Shown here piece by piece: positions 28,601 through 38,103 of a DNA stretch of 64,000 nt; positions within the stretch are counted from its first letter, which is position 1; each line of letters opens with the position of its first letter. The DNA is from a virus. A model generated the notes under the pieces. That model was not told the origin of the DNA. It saw only the letters and a list, made by a program, of their open reading frames with translations, and did not search any database. The stretch lies in IMG/VR virus record IMGVR_UViG_3300045988_034528; one strand, given 5' to 3'. Position numbers and translations under genes: made by a program.

Positions 28601-31600
28601 CTATCTTCTCTTTCTTTCTTCCTACCTGCAATAGTATCCTTAACATCTTGTGCATCCTGACCACTGAGATATGTCTGCTTGCTTCTATCAAGTACTTTAC
28701 CATCAGGAGTAAGAACCTTATTATCTACCATCATTGAAGAATTAGTAGAATCCCCAAAGTTATCTTGTGCCCAAGCTAAATCAAATAATATTCTATTATC
28801 ATTAGTAATTGTTACACTTTTACCTTGGTCATCCCTAATAGTATTTGTCTTTAAGTCCACATAGTATGGCTTGTTTGAGAATACAGATGTTATTCTTGTA
28901 CCACTTATAGCACCTTCAGTACCACCTACAGGAGTCTCTACTTTCCTCTTAGGTTGAGGAGCTACAGAAGCTGGACTTATAGCTTGATGTAAGTTACTTT
29001 CATTATCAAAGTAATCAGTTGTGAACCAAGTACCTCTTACTGAAGCCTCAGTAATATTTGAAGTGAGAATATTAGAGTTTATCAATCTGTTGTTGTATGT
29101 ACCCTCATTTATTCTTCTTGTGCTAACCTGCAAAGGAAGATTGAACTTGATAAGGTGTCCAAGTATCTCATTGTATATATCCTCAGGATTCTTAGGGGTA
29201 CCTAATGCACTTGTATCTCCCAAATCTTCAAGAGCAGCCACATCAAAGTTTATACCTCCAATCTCTGCACTCTTGCTACTTGTAGAGAAATATACATCAT
29301 ACTTATCTTCCTTGATTTGCTCCTTCCCATTAATGGTTACTTTCTCATAAGTACCATCTGGCTTTCTTACCTTCTTACTGATAACAATTCCATCACCTGT
29401 TCCACTATTGAACCAAGTAATCATAATATCCTGCATATACAAGTCTTGTGCTAAGTCTTGCATAGCAGCAGATACATCATCTTGTGATGTAGCAGTTGAT
29501 AACTTAGTAATAGCATTCTTTATATCTTCTCCTATAGCAGTAGAACTTACTGAGCTATCATTCAAATTAAACTCTTCATTATTGAAGTGTTTAACTCTTA
29601 CAGCAGCAGGAGAGTACTTACCAGCTCCATTAGGTATAAGCATATATAATCTACCCTCCTTTTGACTCATATCCACTGGCTTGATAATAAGACTGTCATT
29701 AATCTTATTATTAGTAGTAAGAACACCATTCTTTATGATACCAAAGATAGGCTTTCTATCAGTTGAAGATACATTAGGAATATCTTTAAGACTTCTTTCA
29801 GTATTACCATAAGGAACTCTACCTACCATTACCTTAGATACTCTTGTAGTAGGTGTAGCAATGAACTTACCTTTAGTTGAAATACTTTTTGCTACATATT
29901 TATCTACAGCTTCTTTTTTTAAGGGTACTCTTAAATCTCTACCAATACTAAAATCAACAAAGGCTCTTCCATCTTTTGTTATTATTATTTTCCTTATACC
30001 AACCTCTAATTTATTAGTAAACTGGTTAGTAAGTAAAGTAGTAATAGTTTTTTTTCCTTCTTCTACTTCTTCTTTAGTTGCATTATTCTTAGTAACTACT
30101 GTACCATCCTGCCTCCTAGCTCCAGCAGCATACTCTGCAAAGTCTATATCATCAAAGTCTAATTCTATAAATGCTTTTCCATCTTCTAGAGTTCTTATTT
30201 CTCCCTCTTGATGTCCTTTTGGGGCACCTTTAACATAAGTTAGTTTAGCAGAATAAGTTATAACAGTATTACCATTACTATCTATTTTCTTATGTGGAGT
30301 AACATTATAATTAACCTCTCTAGTCTCGCTTTTTATATTAAAATTAAATCTATCTTCTGCTTGACTCTCATTATCAGACGGTTTTGAAGACTGAGAACCT
30401 CTCTCAGCATACTCACTTCTTATCTTCTCTTCAAGACTTTTCAGACCCTCATACCTTGAAACACTATAGTCAGATTCATCTAAACTACCAACTACTTGAC
30501 CATTCTTTTTATCTATAATAAATATAGTAGGTTGAGTATGCCAAGATTGTCCTTCTACTCTTTTTTCATATTCTGGGTCTATCATAAACCCAAGCTCACT
30601 GCCTACCTTTAAATTACCTTGATTAACATATTCAAAGGCATTATTATCTAATAGGTAGTTATATATCTCTGAAAAATCTACACCTTTTTCTCTCTCACTT
30701 ACTACAACATTAAAAGGCCTAAAGTCTCCTTCCTTGCTTGCCTCTATATGTAGTTCAGGTATAGCAGGTCTATAGAATTGATTGGTAGTATCCCTACTTG
30801 GTCTTTGTGGAGTTTCTACCTTTTCATTAGCTTTCTTATTCTCCTCACTAACCATCTCAGCAGTTATATTACCTACAGGTAATTCTACTGTAGGCAAAGC
30901 CTCACTACTTGTTACAGTAGGAGTAGTAGTTGTACCACTATCTCCTGTATCAGTCCTATCATCACCTCTTACAGTTCCCTCTCTTTTCTCTACTGGCTTC
31001 TTATATTCAGGTGAGAATCTATCCTTAAATTTATTGTCATTGTTTACTTTAGACATTGCTCTTTGAAGTTCATATTGAGCTTCTTGGAATCTTGTTGCAG
31101 ACAACTCAACATCTCCCTCAGAATCTTCATCAAAGGCATTCTCATTATTAATGTAGATTGAATTAGGATTAGCTAAGTACTCCAAACTATCAGAGTTATT
31201 GAATTGGTCTTGAAGAAGTTTCATAGCATCTTGTTTAACCTGTGGTTCTGCATCTGACTCATTAAGAACTCTCCTTACTTCATTATTATATTGTGAAGTT
31301 TCTCTGTAGTTCTTAGCTATTTCACTACCTTCATCCTCAAGTTCTTTTAGGACTTTATCTCTATTCTCTGTATCATCTTGGGCATCTATTGTACTTCTGA
31401 ACTCTTGCAAGTTCTGTGCAGCATTTAAAGATGCTTTCAAGTCATCAGATTTCTTTTTAGTCTCTTGTAATGTAGCCTGTTCATCAGCTCTTGCATGGTC
31501 TTCTGCTTGCTTTTGAGGATTCTTAAGGTACTCTTTTAACTTTGCATTATATGTCTTTGAGGCATTACCTAACTTGACAATATCATTCAGCTTAGTTGTA

Positions 31601-33945
31601 ATATCTGCTTTCTCATCTGCACTAAGTACAGTTTCATCTACCTCATTAATTTCCTTGATAAGACCATCTACAAACTTAGGATTAGTTGCCAATGTATGAG
31701 CCAGTACCTTATCATCTTGACCTCTAACCATATTAAGAGTGTTGATAGCACCTTCAATGGCTTTTACATTCTTATCTGCTTGTTTATATCTATCAGTTAA
31801 ATCAGCATGAGATTGACCTTCAAAGTCTCTTACTTGCTGATTGAATCTAAGGAATGAATCTAAGTTACCTATTACATCACTAATAGCTGACTTTACCTCT
31901 CCAGACATAGCTGTTGCCCTTTCAGCCCAGTTACCTATCTGAGACTTCATCCATGTCAATTCTTCAAGCTGACCATCTGATAATTGCTGACCTGTTCTAA
32001 GAATAAGTTCATCCTTTATATCTTGATACTCCTTTATTGTATTAAGAATGTCTTCCTTATTCTTGTTTATTTTGGAAGCCATCTCATTCATAGCTTCTTT
32101 AGTCCCAAAATTGGCTATTATATTGCCATTATCATCTTTAGAAGCATATTGGGAAAATGGTCCAATTAAATTACCCTCTTCATCCTTTGAAGTAGTATTA
32201 ACCACTATAGACTCTAAATCCTCTTGTGAAGTTCCTGATGCCTCATTTATAGCAGATTTTAAGTCTTCTAGCTTTCCTGCTTGGTCAAACATTACAATAT
32301 CAGATACTAATTGAGCATGTTCTGCATTTTTGAAGTTGAACTCATCACCCTGTTCAGCAGCCTGATTCATATCATTCTGATACTTATTATGTCTAATAAG
32401 TCCTTGATAGTAGTTTTTAAATTCAGGAGAGTTAACTCTATTATTCATGTAGTTAGCAATTTCATTCTCTCTTGCTATCTTATTCCTATAATCTCTCCAT
32501 TTATTTATGGCACCACCTTCAATAATAATAGGAGATTGTAGTGAGCCTGACTCACTTCTAATTCCTCTAAATCTTGGCATACCTAAAGCACCTGTAAGAG
32601 AGCCTATGAAAAACTCTTCCCATGCAGAGCCATCATTTACTGTCTCATTAATTCCCTCAGCAAATGATTTAGTCCAACTCAGAGTTTCTTGTGTAGCCTC
32701 TGGGTCAGTCTTTGACTTATAGAAGTTATTTACATCAGTAGAGTAATAATTACCTGATATTCTACTAGCCATACCTTGAGTAATTTCCTCAGTACCTTCA
32801 GACAGTGCCCCTTTAGTTATATTATAAGCAGCACCTAATCTTGTAGTTCCAGCTTTATATTCACCTGGCCTACCTAATATATTATAAGCTTTCCTAGATG
32901 TTTTGAATCCATTGGCATACAATTTACCAAACTGAATTATATTAGATGCAGTAAGGATGGGTATATTCATAAGTAAGTCTGCATTACCCATCTTTAACCT
33001 ATCCTCATTTAACTTACCTAATGCTTGGTTATATGCACTTTGTTCTGCTCTTACAAGTTGGTCATATATTTCAGTACCCCCATAGGTATTCTTTATACTC
33101 TGCAACCTTTGATTATACTCATCATCAAGCTGTGCTTTATGAAGTTCAAACCAGTCTTTACTATTATTAAGTGCTTCAATTCTACCTTCATTAACAGCAG
33201 AGGTAACTGAACCTAAGCCAGTTGCAACTATAGAAGATGCTTTACTTATACCCTTTAGAGTTTTAATCCCAGCACCTAATCTCTTAGCACCAACCATAGC
33301 TAATTTACCAAGACCTTTAACACCAGCAGCTCCTAAACCACCACTATAGAAAGCACCTACTGTAAAACCTAAGTTCTTGATAAACTTATCACCTAAGAAG
33401 TTAGCAGTGAAGATATTTTCATACCAAGGTTGTTCTTGCTCTGCTTTTGTATAATAGTTAGGTAATGCCTGCTCAGACCATTCATTAACAGACTGCATAG
33501 CCTTAGAAAAGTCATTATCCCAAAGACCAGACCATCTGTCTTCATTTCTTGCAGTTCCTGCTCCAAATAATAATCCTAAAGTACCATCAAGAAAAGTAGT
33601 ACCTGCAAGTATAGCACCTTTAGCAAGACCTGCTCCTATCTGTGCATACCAAGGTTGATTATTAGCTCTTATATCACTAAGATTATTAAACTCCTCTTCA
33701 TTTACTGAAGATTCATCAAATATACTACTGCCATATGTATCTTTTCCTTGACTTTGTTTATATATTGGAGAGTATTCTCCTCCTTCATATATAGTATCAC
33801 TAGGTTGTATATAACCATGAGGGGCTTTCATATTAGAAAACATGCTTTCAGAGGCAGCACTTTGATATGTTGCCTCATTAGCTTTCTGTAAATCTCTATA
33901 AGATTGTGGACCAGTCTTAGTTACATCTATTTCTTTTTTTGCCAT
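25672..33945 (-). CDS. Giant polyvalent virion protein (PD-(D/E)XK nuclease + HExxH metallopeptidase + PARP-like ADP-ribosyltransferase signatures)
   Basis: 2757-aa ORF with a Gly-rich hydrophobic N-terminal region. IAGEVDILSVDKNGNFRIYDVKTS lies at nt 27949-28005. GTAYHEAFHAVF has HEAFH at nt 26821-26835. The C-terminus reads KAFKDWFGDWEN...VVDENGEPLVVYHGGS...GTYFTTSKSNAKFY...SEYVVFNPNQIK (H at 26281-26283, E at 25897-25899). Confidence 0.75.
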   Translation of the reverse strand: MAKKEIDVTKTGPQSYRDLQKANEATYQSAASESMFSNMKAPHGYIQPSDTIYEGGEYSPIYKQSQGKDTYGSSIFDESSVNEEEFNNLSDIRANNQPWYAQIGAGLAKGAILAGTTFLDGTLGLLFGAGTARNEDRWSGLWDNDFSKAMQSVNEWSEQALPNYYTKAEQEQPWYENIFTANFLGDKFIKNLGFTVGAFYSGGLGAAGVKGLGKLAMVGAKRLGAGIKTLKGISKASSIVATGLGSVTSAVNEGRIEALNNSKDWFELHKAQLDDEYNQRLQSIKNTYGGTEIYDQLVRAEQSAYNQALGKLNEDRLKMGNADLLMNIPILTASNIIQFGKLYANGFKTSRKAYNILGRPGEYKAGTTRLGAAYNITKGALSEGTEEITQGMASRISGNYYSTDVNNFYKSKTDPEATQETLSWTKSFAEGINETVNDGSAWEEFFIGSLTGALGMPRFRGIRSESGSLQSPIIIEGGAINKWRDYRNKIARENEIANYMNNRVNSPEFKNYYQGLIRHNKYQNDMNQAAEQGDEFNFKNAEHAQLVSDIVMFDQAGKLEDLKSAINEASGTSQEDLESIVVNTTSKDEEGNLIGPFSQYASKDDNGNIIANFGTKEAMNEMASKINKNKEDILNTIKEYQDIKDELILRTGQQLSDGQLEELTWMKSQIGNWAERATAMSGEVKSAISDVIGNLDSFLRFNQQVRDFEGQSHADLTDRYKQADKNVKAIEGAINTLNMVRGQDDKVLAHTLATNPKFVDGLIKEINEVDETVLSADEKADITTKLNDIVKLGNASKTYNAKLKEYLKNPQKQAEDHARADEQATLQETKKKSDDLKASLNAAQNLQEFRSTIDAQDDTENRDKVLKELEDEGSEIAKNYRETSQYNNEVRRVLNESDAEPQVKQDAMKLLQDQFNNSDSLEYLANPNSIYINNENAFDEDSEGDVELSATRFQEAQYELQRAMSKVNNDNKFKDRFSPEYKKPVEKREGTVRGDDRTDTGDSGTTTTPTVTSSEALPTVELPVGNITAEMVSEENKKANEKVETPQRPSRDTTNQFYRPAIPELHIEASKEGDFRPFNVVVSEREKGVDFSEIYNYLLDNNAFEYVNQGNLKVGSELGFMIDPEYEKRVEGQSWHTQPTIFIIDKKNGQVVGSLDESDYSVSRYEGLKSLEEKIRSEYAERGSQSSKPSDNESQAEDRFNFNIKSETREVNYNVTPHKKIDSNGNTVITYSAKLTYVKGAPKGHQEGEIRTLEDGKAFIELDFDDIDFAEYAAGARRQDGTVVTKNNATKEEVEEGKKTITTLLTNQFTNKLEVGIRKIIITKDGRAFVDFSIGRDLRVPLKKEAVDKYVAKSISTKGKFIATPTTRVSKVMVGRVPYGNTERSLKDIPNVSSTDRKPIFGIIKNGVLTTNNKINDSLIIKPVDMSQKEGRLYMLIPNGAGKYSPAAVRVKHFNNEEFNLNDSSVSSTAIGEDIKNAITKLSTATSQDDVSAAMQDLAQDLYMQDIMITWFNSGTGDGIVISKKVRKPDGTYEKVTINGKEQIKEDKYDVYFSTSSKSAEIGGINFDVAALEDLGDTSALGTPKNPEDIYNEILGHLIKFNLPLQVSTRRINEGTYNNRLINSNILTSNITEASVRGTWFTTDYFDNESNLHQAISPASVAPQPKRKVETPVGGTEGAISGTRITSVFSNKPYYVDLKTNTIRDDQGKSVTITNDNRILFDLAWAQDNFGDSTNSSMMVDNKVLTPDGKVLDRSKQTYLSGQDAQDVKDTIAGRKKEREDRVTKSKEVISEIYENQKRVDKTRTDGEFYYVLEDDGEYHQYSRVHSRLGSNWIVSDKQTKTLELARLNLSKFVDNPTQYENYLKHLENKFKIDLTAYRDKTDAKSRDTIMNIVRDKMSSTNSQRALDAGLAVDSIIRQYFTIKDVSKIVKPSNMSENAFIDLITTLNRVKSNMEQMGERFLADNIVLFQKYPDGTRIAGEVDILSVDKNGNFRIYDVKTSRYSFYDFTDRYGHKVNYFTTPSATQRMSTKDYYTLQLSAYKNLFESQYGVPVTKLAVMPFVLSYDKENVSAVQSEKGIPIAYNPAVNVPLASAVKVDKSTETPATPAQAQTVLPIFETSLETQNPIEDLTPEHSMNNADEGVGYFELDGKLHKGYVTPLTVIDGVEVYITKVPNITKGFGRETEVVHVASNSFYAVFPNGKTFLFLKNNQVQEGMIQSQVEDAIKKGLEAKPQKVKELASEKTILFDPDAVPTVNATPITTVETPATINQGNTQTGAAYTTQKEQAINNKKASRTRHKLRKVKSPDYEKWDEKKELKWLNKVLPQLSESDRVKVVKGLIKVGKRGTLAWGQFDKGVITLSDIAAEGTAYHEAFHAVFNLLLDNDERQALYDEARKLYGEKDNLSLEEDMAEGFREYVTTRQNAGLLGKIKNFFRDLWIKVTNWNSIRPHLTAYYQMINRGEYSNRELPVKTLSQARAGQEEYSKEMQDILTKAPRNSEGKLLVKPGGPVSNLTERQYAQVRTKAFKDWFGDWENDPENASKVVDENGEPLVVYHGGSSAKIFNTKGGQFGAGIKKGDIGTYFTTSKSNAKFYEEIYTFKSEEKWIELADLVREGLLNDEDKKKMDEAWEIEKPSTRAFFLNIRNPKITNYEGTRKKGYTKKDSNIGDNDGQHIIISDANYSEYVVFNPNQIKSATDNVGTFSRTNDDIRYRKVPNSSFESLDTEMQKNLLKKGWTVEKFDSISQEERDQAIKCIAF

Positions 33946-33946
33946 A

Positions 33947-35776
33947 TTAATACCAAGGATTTATTGTTTCATCAGATGTTTTGGAGGGGACTACAGCTTG
34001 TGAACCATAGCCATATAAATCTTGAAGAGCCTCTTCTTGTTTATGTTTCAAATCTATTTTATCTGCTTGTGTTAAAGGAGTTGAGGTATATAAAATATTA
34101 CCCTGTGAATCTGTCATTATATTACCTTTCCTATCTATTTTAGGTCTTTTATTTTCATGTAATATACTTCCCCAATAATCTGCATTATAAATAGCCTCTT
34201 TTACATTAGATTCACTGCCTTTATTAATACCAGCAGGCATTTGTACTCTAATAACTTCATTTTTTCCCTCTTTGGTAGATTGAAGAATTGCAGTATTTCC
34301 ATATTTAGAATACCTTATATTAGTTATAGTATAACCTTCAAGGTCCTTTTTGCTGTATGCTTTAGTTTGCTTCCAGCCATTTTTTCCATTAAATTCTGCA
34401 CCATACACAACTTTTTCTCCATCTTCAGTCCTAGCAGCAGCCCACATTTGGGTTGTATAAGCATCTCCATATTCTGAAGAAAGCTGTCTGTCATACTCAG
34501 TAGAGTGATAGGTATCATAAGAACCTTCCTTTATACTATTCTCATATCTATTAAGTCTTGTAGTAGGAGTATTTACTTTACCTGTTTTTATGTCATATCC
34601 TCCAATATTTCTATCATACCAAGTAGAAAACTGATTAGGTCTACTGCTCATACTTTTAACTTGTGCTACCATATCATCATATGCTGCTCTTGAGACTCCA
34701 GGATTAGCCCTTTTATAAATTTCCCAACTCTGTATAGTAGGTGTAAAATGGCTTGCTCTGAGTTTTTTAAGACCTCCTCTAGTTAGTACAAGACCCTCGG
34801 AGGTTCTCTTTAAATAACCTTGTTTTATGAAAGTCTCTATTTGTTTATTATTTTCAGATACTTCTTGAGGACTTCTCAATGGAAGGGGATTAACTTTATA
34901 TTTATTTTCATTAGATTGTGCAGCAGCTGCTCTCTTTTCTGCTCTCTTCTGCATTGCCTCCTGCTCAGCCATCTTAGCCCTCCAATTATCAAGAGTCTGG
35001 TATTGAGTCTCACCAACTGCACTCCATAGACCTTGTTTAGCATAGTCAATAGCTCTTGCAATAGTAGCTTGGTCTCCCCAATTTCTAACACCACTTGAAT
35101 TAATGGCATCTTCAACAATCCTTGTAAGTTGAGGAGCAGCATTAGGATTATCCTGTATAGCCTGTAATACTGCTTGAGAACTAAAGCCTTTCTGCATCAT
35201 AGATTCATAATATGAATTACCCAAGATGCTTCTCCACTTCCTTGGCTTCTCTTGCATTTCCTTAGCCAATGCAGATGCAGCACTTGCAGCCTGTGCAGTA
35301 ATTAACTTACCTGAATATGCTTCATAAGCTAATTGAGGATTCCTTATATAGTCATCAAGACTTGTAGTACTTGCTCTTCTACTCAACATCAATGTTGGGT
35401 CTTGAAGAAGTGCTTGTTGCTGTTGTTCTGCTTGTTTCTGTCTTGTTGCATAGGCTTGTTCAATAGGAGTTATCTCCTTACTATACCTTGCTTTCATGTT
35501 AAGCATATCTCTTCTACTTGCAGCATTAAGTCCTTCTCTTGCTAACTGATCTGCTTGTGCTTCAAGGTCATTTGCATAAGTCTTATACATCTTGTAAGCA
35601 TAAGGGTCAGTCTGTTCATTAGCCATCTCTTCCCATACATTAGCCTTGGCAGATAGTTCTCCATACTGGTTCTCTAACTCTTGATGAGCTTGAGTAGCCA
35701 TTAAAACAGGCTGAAGCATTTCCGAGTAAGAGAATGGCTTGAATTGTGAATTTATTACTAAACTATAATTAGCCAT
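33947..35776 (-). CDS. virion (ejection/cargo-type) protein, unknown function
   Basis: Long ORF. The track start at 35782 is GTG. The ATG at 35776 is preceded by AAGGAGGTGAAA and overlaps the upstream stop. Q/A-rich helical N-terminal half. Confidence 0.65.
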   Translation of the reverse strand: MANYSLVINSQFKPFSYSEMLQPVLMATQAHQELENQYGELSAKANVWEEMANEQTDPYAYKMYKTYANDLEAQADQLAREGLNAASRRDMLNMKARYSKEITPIEQAYATRQKQAEQQQQALLQDPTLMLSRRASTTSLDDYIRNPQLAYEAYSGKLITAQAASAASALAKEMQEKPRKWRSILGNSYYESMMQKGFSSQAVLQAIQDNPNAAPQLTRIVEDAINSSGVRNWGDQATIARAIDYAKQGLWSAVGETQYQTLDNWRAKMAEQEAMQKRAEKRAAAAQSNENKYKVNPLPLRSPQEVSENNKQIETFIKQGYLKRTSEGLVLTRGGLKKLRASHFTPTIQSWEIYKRANPGVSRAAYDDMVAQVKSMSSRPNQFSTWYDRNIGGYDIKTGKVNTPTTRLNRYENSIKEGSYDTYHSTEYDRQLSSEYGDAYTTQMWAAARTEDGEKVVYGAEFNGKNGWKQTKAYSKKDLEGYTITNIRYSKYGNTAILQSTKEGKNEVIRVQMPAGINKGSESNVKEAIYNADYWGSILHENKRPKIDRKGNIMTDSQGNILYTSTPLTQADKIDLKHKQEEALQDLYGYGSQAVVPSKTSDETINPWY

Positions 35777-37364
35777 TTTCACCTCCTTTCTTAATAGTTA
35801 AATAGCCACTCTTAGCTTTCTTATCTTCTTTCTTATCTTCTTTCTTCTTTCCTTTATATGGAGTTCCAGCTCCTCCTGTTGAGATTGCATAATATAAAGC
35901 TGGGTTCTCATTAATCCAAGCTTTCATTACTTCTTCTCTACCAATATCACCAAGAGAATTAAAGAAGTTAGTAAGATTAGCACTCATACTTGCACCTCTT
36001 CTTGCATCAACAGCATCTCTTACTGCCATAGCCTGTGCAACACCACTTAGTCTTGAACTTCTTGCCTTTAATGCAGCTTCTTGGTTAGCCATTGCAGCCT
36101 TGAGTCCCATCTCAGAGTTAAACTGGTTTGTACCTCTATTAAATGTAGCCACTCTTTCTCTCTGACCTAGATTATATTCTTCTGCTTGCCTTGCAAGGTC
36201 TCCTAGTTTACCTTGTGCATTATAATCAGCAGCTAATAGACCAGCCAATGCTGTTGCTCTATTTCCTGCACTTTGATTTACAATAGCTCTTCTAGTAGCA
36301 CCAGATTGTGCATCAAGTTTATTGATATAGTAGTTCCTATCAAAGGGTCTGTATGTTAAATAATCACCCAATGGATTAAACCCAACTGGGGTATATCTTC
36401 CCACTTCATTAGCTGCATTAAGTATAGCATCTGAACTTGAATAGTCAGGCTTACTGAATATATTTTGTCCAAGACCTATTGCAGCTCCTACTACAGGAGC
36501 ATATCTTAGTGCAGTAAGGTCAAATTTTTTATCATTAGATTCATCATTAGTTCCTTTATTAATAGATTCTGCTGCTTGTATATCCTCTATAGGTACTCCT
36601 AAATGTGAAGCTCTGGAGTATGTCAAACCTTCAGGGGTAAGGATTCCATTATTATCATATATTGAAGGGGCAGTAGTTGATGTTTGGTCAGGAACACTAT
36701 CTCCAAAAAGATGTGCTCTTCTAGAAAGATTTAAGAAATTAGCATCTGGCCCATAGCCATTAAATAATGTACCCATTTTACCACCATGAGCATATTGTAT
36801 ACCACTATTTTCTTCTTGGTCTTGCTGTCTTAAAGATTCTTGTACCTGTTGTAACTTGGACATTGAATCAAGTAGGCCCCTTCTACTTATTGGGTCATTA
36901 GGTCTTTCTTCAGCTTCCTTACTTAATTTCTTTGCAGCTTTTGCAAAAGTAAGGTTCTTGCCTTTACTCAAACCTAAAGAACTTCTCATACTATTGGGAA
37001 CATTCATTCTATCACTAAATACATAATCATTAAAGATTACTTCTCCCTCTTCAACTAAATTAGGAACACCTTGCTTATCTACTCCCATAGGTACTCCTTC
37101 CATAGGATTCTCTTCATGAGTACCACCATTACCTATTATAATAAGACCATTACTAAAATCTCCCCCATTAGTATTAAGGTCCCCACCAAAGCTGTGCCAC
37201 TTAGCTGCATTCCTTGCAAAATTAGCCTTCTTTACCATAGCAGGAGAATAATTCTCTTTATTAGCTAATACTTGGGAAGCAAATGATTGTACAGACTTTC
37301 CATGCTTCTTTGCAGCAGCAGTAAATGTACCTCTCTTAGATTTCTTTATTCGTATTTTCTTCAT
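35769..37364 (-). CDS. virion protein, unknown function
   Basis: 531-aa ORF with a basic N-terminus (KKSKRGTFTAAAKKHGKSVQSFASQVL) and a Lys/Glu/Asp-rich C-terminus. Sits between tail genes and the giant protein. Confidence 0.65.
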   Translation of the reverse strand: MKKIRIKKSKRGTFTAAAKKHGKSVQSFASQVLANKENYSPAMVKKANFARNAAKWHSFGGDLNTNGGDFSNGLIIIGNGGTHEENPMEGVPMGVDKQGVPNLVEEGEVIFNDYVFSDRMNVPNSMRSSLGLSKGKNLTFAKAAKKLSKEAEERPNDPISRRGLLDSMSKLQQVQESLRQQDQEENSGIQYAHGGKMGTLFNGYGPDANFLNLSRRAHLFGDSVPDQTSTTAPSIYDNNGILTPEGLTYSRASHLGVPIEDIQAAESINKGTNDESNDKKFDLTALRYAPVVGAAIGLGQNIFSKPDYSSSDAILNAANEVGRYTPVGFNPLGDYLTYRPFDRNYYINKLDAQSGATRRAIVNQSAGNRATALAGLLAADYNAQGKLGDLARQAEEYNLGQRERVATFNRGTNQFNSEMGLKAAMANQEAALKARSSRLSGVAQAMAVRDAVDARRGASMSANLTNFFNSLGDIGREEVMKAWINENPALYYAISTGGAGTPYKGKKKEDKKEDKKAKSGYLTIKKGGENG

Positions 37365-38103
37365 ATACTACACTATTCCAAGTTTTACCCCTTTTAATAT
37401 CTTTATAGATATTAACAGTTATATTAAATTTAGCTATTATATCACTTCTTTTAACATGGTGATATATTGCCTTCTTTATATTATATACAATTTCATTTGT
37501 GAGCTTAGTAAATGAAGATTCTTCTCCACATTTATGGTTATTTCTATTTCCAGAAGAGGGTTTTCTATTTGCATATCTGTCTGGATTATTTTTTATATAG
37601 GTTCTTCTAGCTTGTCTTCTCTCCTCTGTCCATTTCTTCCTTGTTTGCTTTGGGTTATTCTTATAGAAATCTTTAAGACCTTTACTAATATTCTCACAAA
37701 AATCTTTACTTCTTTTTATCCCCTTTAATTTACTGGCTCCCATTTTTCTCATATTATTATTATTCACATGAGCCATAGTTCTGGAGTCCTTAATAATATT
37801 AAAACCATTATTTATACTATCAAATCTATCTATATAGTAAATTTCTCTATCAATTCTCTCATCTCCAGTACTATTTGGCATACTCTCCAATATATCAAAA
37901 GTCAATGTACCTATTCCATATTTGTTTACAAAACTTTGTAATTTGATATTACAATGCTTTCCTAATAGTAAACTAGATTTATGCCTTCCATATCTTTTGT
38001 AGAAATTTTTGCATTCACCTATATACACTCTACTATCTATAGTATTTCTGATAATATAAATACCACCTAATTTTCTTTTATTATATTCTGGTAAAAATTT
38101 CAT
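37336..38103 (-). CDS. Free-standing GIY-YIG homing endonuclease
   Basis: GGIYIIRNTIDSRVYIGECKNFYKRYGRH (GIY...YIG...R) at the N-terminus and a basic DNA-binding-like C-terminal half. ATGA overlap with the upstream gene. 29-nt overlap with the 5' end of the downstream gene. Confidence 0.8.
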   Translation of the reverse strand: MKFLPEYNKRKLGGIYIIRNTIDSRVYIGECKNFYKRYGRHKSSLLLGKHCNIKLQSFVNKYGIGTLTFDILESMPNSTGDERIDREIYYIDRFDSINNGFNIIKDSRTMAHVNNNNMRKMGASKLKGIKRSKDFCENISKGLKDFYKNNPKQTRKKWTEERRQARRTYIKNNPDRYANRKPSSGNRNNHKCGEESSFTKLTNEIVYNIKKAIYHHVKRSDIIAKFNITVNIYKDIKRGKTWNSVVYEENTNKEI

